Positions 1 through 64,000 of a DNA stretch of 64,000 nucleotides are shown piece by piece (the stretch's first letter is position 1; every line of letters starts with the position of its first letter). Made by a program: the position numbers and the translations under genes. This DNA is from the human T2T-CHM13v2.0 reference genome, Homo sapiens, in assembly GCF_009914755.1 (NCBI RefSeq), contig NC_060927.1; one strand, 5' to 3'. The notes below the pieces were generated by a model, which saw only the letters and a program-made list of their open reading frames with translations, made no database searches and had not been told where the DNA came from.

Positions 1-99
1 AAGGAAGCACACTTTCATTTACAGAGCACCTACTTTGGCCCAGGTGCTAAAGGTATATTCTCACTTGAAGTTTTTGCCTGAGTCAAGAATACAAACTTT

Positions 100-235
100 A
101 CAGTCCCAAAGCCAGGTTTAAATCCCAGCTTTCTGTTTACTAGCTGTGTGACCTTGAACAAGTTACTTAACTTCACTGTGCCTTTTTCATTTGTAAGAGG
201 ATAATAAAAGTGCTTCCTTACGATGTTATAAAGTA
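100..235 (+). mobile_element. MIR SINE
   Basis: MIR core: ttactagctgtgtgaccttgaacaagttacttaac. Confidence 0.85.
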
Positions 236-448
236 CATACTGGTCATTTGAGCTATTACTTATATGCACTTTCTTTATGCTTATTTTACCTTAATAAAAG
301 TTAATTTTTTTAAATACAGAAAATTCAAGAAAAAATAAATTTCCTAAATTCAAAGTACTCCTCGCTTGGTCAAGCCATTTATTTTAATCAATTCTGTTTA
401 CAAAAGCCATGTTTGTGCTTACAAAAGGTGAAAGGAATGAAAAGACTA

Positions 449-55871
<55,423 letters not shown>

Positions 55872-56130
55872 TTAGAAAAGAGATAAAAAATATCATGCAA
55901 TATAGATTGAGAACTCAGACAGTTCATAAAACCCAAAATGCAAAACCCCAAAGTAAATGAAATTAAAAATTTTAATGCAACATACAACTACAATCAAGCT
56001 GACAGGGAAAATGTCTATTACCCGAACACTGGTTTCTAAAGTATAAAGTCAAAGAAGAGCCATACAATTTTTCTCCCTCTTAAAAAAACTTAAATAATTC
56101 CCCCGTTCTGTAATTTAAAATGAATGTATA

Positions 56131-56450
56131 GGCCAGATGTGGTGGCTCACACCTGTAATCCCAGCACTTTGGGAGGCCAAGGCCAGCAGATCATCTGATG
56201 TCAGGAGTTCGAGACCAGCCTGGTCAACATGATGAAAGCCCGTCTCTATCAAAAATACAAAAATTAGCTGGGCATGGTGGCACACACCTGTGGTCCCAGC
56301 TACTTGGGAGGCTGAGGCACAAGAATCACTTAAACCCAGGAGATGAGGTAGAGAGAGGCAGAGGCTGCAATGAGCCAAGATCGTGCCATTGCACTCCAGC
56401 CTGGATGACAGAGTGAGACTCCATCTCAAAAAAATAAAATAAAATAAAAT
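56131..56450 (+). mobile_element. AluS with a short purine-rich insertion in the right arm
   Basis: TSD AAAATGAATGTATA (56117-56130, 56451-56464); (AAAAT)n tail. Confidence 0.93.
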
Positions 56451-57164
56451 AAAATGAATGTATATATGTAATATATACAATTTACATAGAGTGATAAAAC
56501 AAGAAACTTTTTTTTTCAAGTATGGACTTACAGACATTAGATTCATAAGGAATTACTACTACAAAGTCATATCCGACAAATCATTTATTCATCATTAAAC
56601 AGAAAGTTTATGCCCTAGGCACAAGCAGTACATAAAGCAGATAAAATCCTTGCCCTCATGAAGCTTTCATTCTAGGAAGGAAGACAGAAAATAAAGCAGT
56701 GAACAAACATAATATGTGAAATGCTAAAAAGTGTAGCTGTAAGATTAGGGAGAGGAAAAGAGAGATAACTCTCGTTTTGCACTTATATAATCTTCAAACC
56801 AGAAATTTTGTAAGTATCCACATTTCCAAAAGGACAACACAGTTTAACTGAAATCATTACATGACAGGCATTTAACAAGTCTAAAGAGATCCTTAAATAA
56901 CCTCACCTCACAGCCTGTGCATTTGCTACTCCCTCTACCTAGAATGCTATTCCCCCAAGGATCCATGTGGCTTATACCTCCACCTCCTTCAGATCTTCAG
57001 GTGCTCAAATGTCACTCAGCAGTAATGCCTTTCTTGATTGCCGGTTTAAAACTGCAGGCCCCACTACCACAACTACCGCCACACCCCTCACCGGACACAT
57101 TCCCTTTTCCCTTTCCTTACTGTTTTTCCCCCATAGCAACAACTTCCAGGTTATATTTTATGTA

Positions 57165-57814
<650 letters not shown>

Positions 57815-58076
57815 TATGTTTCTTCTTGTCTACATGCCCACTAGAACGCAATTTACATGAGGAAGGGATTTTTCTATTTTTCTCTATTCATTGAAAAATC
57901 TCCAGCAACTAAGTTCCTAACACATAATAAACACTCAATAAATTTGTTAATTTCTCTCTGTATAGTGTCACATTTTAGAATGAAGGACTTCGAAAAACAG
58001 CTATTAAAAACACCATAAGCAACAAGGAAACAGAGGACCCGAAAAATACAATTAAAATTAACCAGCTAATGTAAGT

Positions 58077-58214
58077 AAGTTTCTGAGCAAGTTTAAGGTA
58101 GGGTAAGCTATGAAGTTCAATAAGTTAGGTGTATTAAATGCATTTTCTATTTATGATATTTTCAACTTCTAATCAGTTTACTGGGATGTAACTCCGTTGT
58201 AAGTTGAGGAACAT
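58077..58214 (-). mobile_element. MER47/Tigger5 terminal fragment
   Basis: gtttaaggtagg..aagctatga...ttaggtgtattaaatgcatttt, reverse complement of the MER47 start. Confidence 0.8.
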
Positions 58215-58737
58215 AAGCACATAAAATATAATCTAGAAGTTGGTGCTGAGGCGAAAAAAACAGTAGGGAAAAACACCAACTGGATCTAACAGATATCGAC
58301 AGAACACTCCACCCAACAAAAGCAGAGTACAACACACACACACTACATATATTGCCTGGCTTTGTCAGCTGTAAGAGCAAAGTGTCAAAGACAATCTAAT
58401 GGCAACGAGCACTAGATAGAGGCTTCTAATATAATTCACTACACACTAAAAGAATTAGGCTTCCTTAATGGCTGGTTTGAGCACTAAGGCAGGGTAAGTA
58501 CGGTATCTTATATCAAAAAGTAAAGAAATGCTTAAAAAAAAAAAAAAAGATGAGGACTGTCACAAGGACACAGGAATCAGCCTGAGAAGGCTCCTTCTCC
58601 CACTGGCCAAATCTGAGACAACTGGTGCACCAATATAATTAACAAGGTAATAAATATATACAACTGAAAAAAATTAAGAATTAGTCTATACCAATAATAA
58701 ATAAATAAATAAATGGGGCAAAACAGAGGATCCTTGA

Positions 58738-59514
<777 letters not shown>

Positions 59515-60298
59515 ATATTTGCACATCTTAAAACTCTTCCCACAGGTTATTAGTTGCAAGGGATTGAAAAAAAATAAAAAACTATAGAGGGGAGACAATT
59601 TGGGAAGACTTTGACCAGATGATTAAAATTAACATCACAAACAACCATCATTTGTTTACAGATGTGACCCTGTGAAAATCCATCACCATCTATGCAGTAT
59701 TCCTACTAAGTTATAACATAAATCTTATCATGAGGAAACATTAGACAAACTCAAAATGAGAAACATCCTATCAAAAAACAAAGGAGTGGGTGACATAGAG
59801 AATGCATGTAAAAGCTGGTGAAAACTGAGTAAGGGCTATACTCTAGTTAACAGTAATGCACCTATGGCAACTCCTGATTCTGATATGGTACAACAGTCAT
59901 AAAAGGTCATCATTGGGGGAAGCTGGGTGAAGGATACATCACTATTCTTGCAACTTCCTTTGATTCTACAATAATTTCAAACTAAAATGTATAAAAATGA
60001 TTTTGAAAAATTAAGTGGGGGGAGGCATTCTTCAAAAAATGGCAATGTGATAATAACAAAAGAAAAAAAGGCTGTAGAAATATTAAAGGAGGCTAAAGAG
60101 ATATGACAACTAAATGTAATACCTGAACCCTAAACAAGGTCCTGTCCTGAAACAGGCAAAATGCTATAAGAGACATTATTGGGTCAAATACAAAATTAGA
60201 ATAAAAAGTGTAATTACTGTATCAATGTTAAAATTACTGCAGCCATTAACTATATTGTGTTTTGTAACAGACTATACCTCATCTTAGAAAACACTGAA

Positions 60299-60603
60299 GG
60301 CCGGGCACAGTGGCTCATACCTGTAATCCCAGCACTCAGGGAGGCCAAGGGGGCGCGGATCACTTGAGGCCAGAAGTTTAAGACCAGCCTGGCCAACATG
60401 GAGAAACCCTGTCTCTACTAAAAATACAAAAAAATTAGCCAGGCATGGTGGCACATGCCTGCAATCCCAGCTACTCAGGAGGCAGCAGCATGATACCCAG
60501 GAGGTGGAAGTTGCAATGAGCCAAGATCGCGCCACTGCACTCCAGCCTGGGTGACAGAGCAAGACTCTGTCTCAAAAAATAAAAATAAATAAAAAGTAAA
60601 AAA
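60299..60603 (+). mobile_element. AluS
   Basis: Full dimer with small right-arm deletion; TSD acactgaa. Confidence 0.92.
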
Positions 60604-60904
60604 TACACACTGAAATGTTTCAGGGTAAAGGGCCATAATATATGTAACTTATTTCATAAGGTTAGGGAAAAAATGGGGCGTGAGGAAGAAGAAAACGATA
60701 CCAATGATACAGCAACCAGGGCAAAACGTTAACAATAGGTGAATCTGGGTAAAGTGTATATGGGTGTTCCTTTGTTCTATTTTTATTTTTGCAAGTTTAA
60801 AAGTCTGTAAGTTTTTAAGGCTTTCAAGTTTGAAATTACAGTATTTCCAAATAAAGTCAGAAAAAAACACAGTGACATATGACTATTTATAACTAAATGG
60901 AGGT

Positions 60905-61294
60905 TTTATTGACTGAATTGTGTGTCAAGTGCCCCCTGCCTCCCCTCCTGCAAGTTCATATGTTTAATCTCCATACCTTAGAATCTAAGTGTATTTGTAG
61001 GCAGAGCCTTTAAGGAGTTAATTAGGGTTAAAGAGGTAATAAGGGTGTGCCCTTAATCCAATATGACTGGCGTGCTTATAAGAAAGGACACCATGTATGC
61101 TCATTCACAGAGAAAAACCCATGAGGACACAGCCAGAAGATGGCTATCTGCAAGCCAAGGAAAGAGGTCTCAGAAGAAACCAACCCTGTTAGCTTGATCT
61201 TGGACTTCCAGCCCCCAGAACTGAGAGAAAATAAATCTTGTTTCAGCCACCATCTCTATGGTATTTTGTTATGGCATCCCTAACAAACTAATGC
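60905..61294 (+). mobile_element. MaLR LTR, MLT1B-like
   Basis: ccttaatccaatatgactgg; atctgcaagccaagg; ttggacttccagcc; aaactaatgca. Confidence 0.88.
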
Positions 61295-61399
61295 AGCAGT
61301 GAATTCATATTTATTTTCTCAAAACTTTTACGATTTTATTCTGAAAGATGTTATTGGGTGGTATTTCCCTGTGGAACAACTTGTTTAAATCGTCACTAT

Positions 61400-61692
61400 C
61401 ATCACTGAGTCTGTATCATTCAAATCTCAGCTCAAATGTTACCTTCATCAGAGAGGCCTTCCCTGACCATTTTATCTTAAAGTAGTGCCCTACCAGCCTT
61501 TTCAATATCATTCTGCTTGGCTATAACACATCACTAACCAAAATTAACTTTCTTATTTACTTGTTTATTCTATCTCTCTCCCCACTAGAATGAAAGCTCC
61601 ATAATGGCAAAAGCTTAGTCAACTGTATTCCTGGCACCTACGTAACAATGGCTTGCACATAATATGCTCAAATGCATGTCAAAATGAATGAA
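61400..61692 (+). mobile_element. L2 3' end
   Basis: ctcaaatgttacctt..cagagaggccttccctgacca; ccactagaatgaaagctcca; aatgaatgaa. Confidence 0.85.
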
Positions 61693-61747
61693 AGATCTGC
61701 AGCACACAAGGCTATGCCTATGTACTGGACCAGAGGCAGAATATATA

Positions 61748-61937
61748 TGGTAAGTCCTCAACGGTATCGATGGGTTCTTGGAAACTGCAACTTTAAGTAC
61801 AACAACGTACAACAAAACCATTTATTTTCTCACCATTTCATTATAATGAAAACGACATTATTTGATGGACCTGCTTTACACTGTTTCACTTAAAGTAGCA
61901 GTTTCCAAGAGCCTATCAAGGACGTCAGGACTCGCTG
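61748..61937. mobile_element. MER6B/C-like Tigger MITE with long inverted termini
   Basis: ggttcttggaaactgcaactttaagt versus acttaaagtagcagtttccaagagcc. Confidence 0.8.
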
Positions 61938-62879
61938 AACACTTCTCCCAAACCAGCAGCCTGGAACCATGGATATCCATCAAGAGGGGAAAGTAGCACT
62001 CAAAACCCAAACATTCAAATCTTAAGAGCACTGGGAAGTGGACAGATGCCACCCACCTCTTTTTCAAAGGAACGGAAGGGCCTACCTTCAGCCAAAACAA
62101 TGTAAGGCTCTTTGGTCTGGAAAAATAAATGCTGAGTGTGAATTTTGTTGAAGTTTACAAAACTATAATGCACAAAAAAAGGATAAAAATAAGCTTATCA
62201 ACCACTGAAATTTTAAACCTATGAATGATCCCCTGAAGTTTGAAAGTGACGCAATTCCTAAGCTAAAGGATTACATAACAATTAGTGAGTTTAAAATGTA
62301 AAAATGGTTCAAGAAAATTTTAATACACTGATCAACAAAACTGGAACTTTGATGGATTACATTTCTAACCTTGTTATACTGTATTTACAACCTTGAGGCT
62401 AACCCTATCTTATCAAAACATCTCTCAGTATTATCTTGGGACACAGATTAGTGAGCTGAATAGACCAACATAGGTGCAATCCTGAATAACATTATTCATT
62501 CTGGTAGATGAAATACATTCATTCATCAATTAATTTTCCTAAATAATCTAAAATTTGGCTCAATTTATGTTTTTTGTAATAAACCTACAAGCAAGAAAAA
62601 AATTAAGCCAAACCATCACAAAATTTACCAAAAATGGCACCGATGCCAGATTTCTTTTGAAGTCTATCAGAGTACCACTCTCAACACACTTCTTCCTCTC
62701 TATCCCACAAATTCTTAAATAATCTGGAATCCATAGCTCAGCTTCATGTGGTCTGTGTATGTGAAATAATATATAGGAATGAATGCATGGTACATTTTTC
62801 TGGGGAAGGAGTCCACTGATTTCATTAAATTTTTTAAGGGTATCCAAAAAAGCTTCAGAATCACTTCTGTACAACCTTT

Positions 62880-64000
62880 CCCTGGCTACAATTACTACCT
62901 ATTTCCTGATAACTCCCAAATCTCCATCTCTATCCCAGATTTCTATGCCCAAAAATTTATAACCAACTGCTGGGTTAGGTGTGGTAGTTCATGCCTGTAA
63001 TCCCAATACTTTGGAAACTTGAGGTGGGATGACAGCTTGAGCTCAGGCGTTCAGGAACATTCTGGGCAACACAGTAAAATAGTCTCTACCAAAAATGTTA
63101 AAAAAAAAAAAAGTCAACTGGGTGTGGTGGTGCACGCCTGCAGTCCCGGCTACACAAAGAAAGCTGAGGCAAGAGGATCATTGGAGTTGGAGGCTGAAGT
63201 GAGCTACAATTGCACCACTGGGCACCAACCTAGGCAACAATGTGAGATCCTACCTCTAAAAAATAATAATAAATTAAAAATAAATAAAAATATAACCAAA
63301 TACATGTTGTACATCTTCTCCTGCATACTTGGCAGAAATCTCAAACTTACCATATCTTAAACAGACCTCATCATCTTCCCAACCTAACCTGTTGCTCCTC
63401 CTGTGTCTCCCTGTCTCAGGGACCAGCATCACCATCCACTCAGTTTGGTGGGCGAGAGAAGTTCCTGTGACTTCACCTTCCAATGACAGAATCCTAACAA
63501 TTCTATCTACTAATTATCTCTTAAGCATTACCACTTCTCTCCACTCCTTCCAACTCTGCCACAATCTTAAGCCGGTCACAATCATCTTACCTGGACTGTG
63601 GCAGTTTTCTCCTAACTTGTTTTCCTGTCTTCTGTGTAGCTCCCCTGCAAAATTCACTCTCCATGCTCCAGTCAGGCCAGACCCTTTCTGATCTGGCTGA
63701 GTTTGGGCCTTGCTTAATTCACACTGTGTTCCAGAAAACACATCAGTGCATCATATTCTGGTCTTTAAGCTTCTGTATAGGCAACATCCTCTGCCTGAAA
63801 CAAACTACTCTACGAAAGTTAACTCCCAATCAACTTTCAGGTTTCAATGTAAATATCATCTTTCTATTAAAGAGGCCTTTCTTGATCCCACCTCTTGACT
63901 CAACACCACCATGAGGACTAATTTAAATATCTATGTGTTCCTATAGCAGCACCCTATGCTTATCACCACCACAGCAATCAACACCGCATTGAAATGTCCT
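62880..64000 (+). mobile_element. L2 remnant
   Basis: gataactcccaaatctccatctct; caccatccactcagtt; gaggcctttcttga. Confidence 0.75.
62973..63290 (+). mobile_element. AluJ, diverged
   Basis: Dimer with gcttgagctcagg; TSD-like tataaccaa. Confidence 0.88.

Overview
Primate (almost certainly human) genomic DNA: the body of PIK3R4/VPS15, the pseudokinase-HEAT-WD40 scaffold of the class III PI3K (VPS34) complex, on the minus strand. I traced 17 coding exons by hand, all with GT-AG boundaries and continuous frame. They total 3173 nt, about residues 245-1302, and are exons 3-19 in the usual 20-exon numbering (numbering from recall). The start-codon exon and the last exon lie outside the window. Six exons (5, 7, 8, 13, 17, 18) are absent from the ORF track. 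The introns are mostly old transposons: about 23 Alus or Alu fragments, a near-full-length L1M in intron 13, L1PA/L1MA/L1ME pieces, L2, MIR, MaLR/ERVL LTRs and Tigger/hAT MITEs. Nearly all non-exon ORFs in the track are Alu/L1 by-products. I see no new gene or multi-gene system. The best leads concern splicing and TE history: (1) the exon 3/4 junction regenerates the identical donor TTG|GTAACT; (2) 10 of 17 donors lack +5G; (3) a T16 tract abuts the exon 6 acceptor; (4) inverted Alus flank a stop-free, frame-closed exon 3-6 circle; (5) a once full-length L1 is collapsed around an Alu cluster; (6) three Alus share unusual diagnostic bases; (7) a CTCF-like motif has formed inside an L1 remnant. 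Repeat subfamily names are from memory of consensus sequences and repeat boundaries are approximate.
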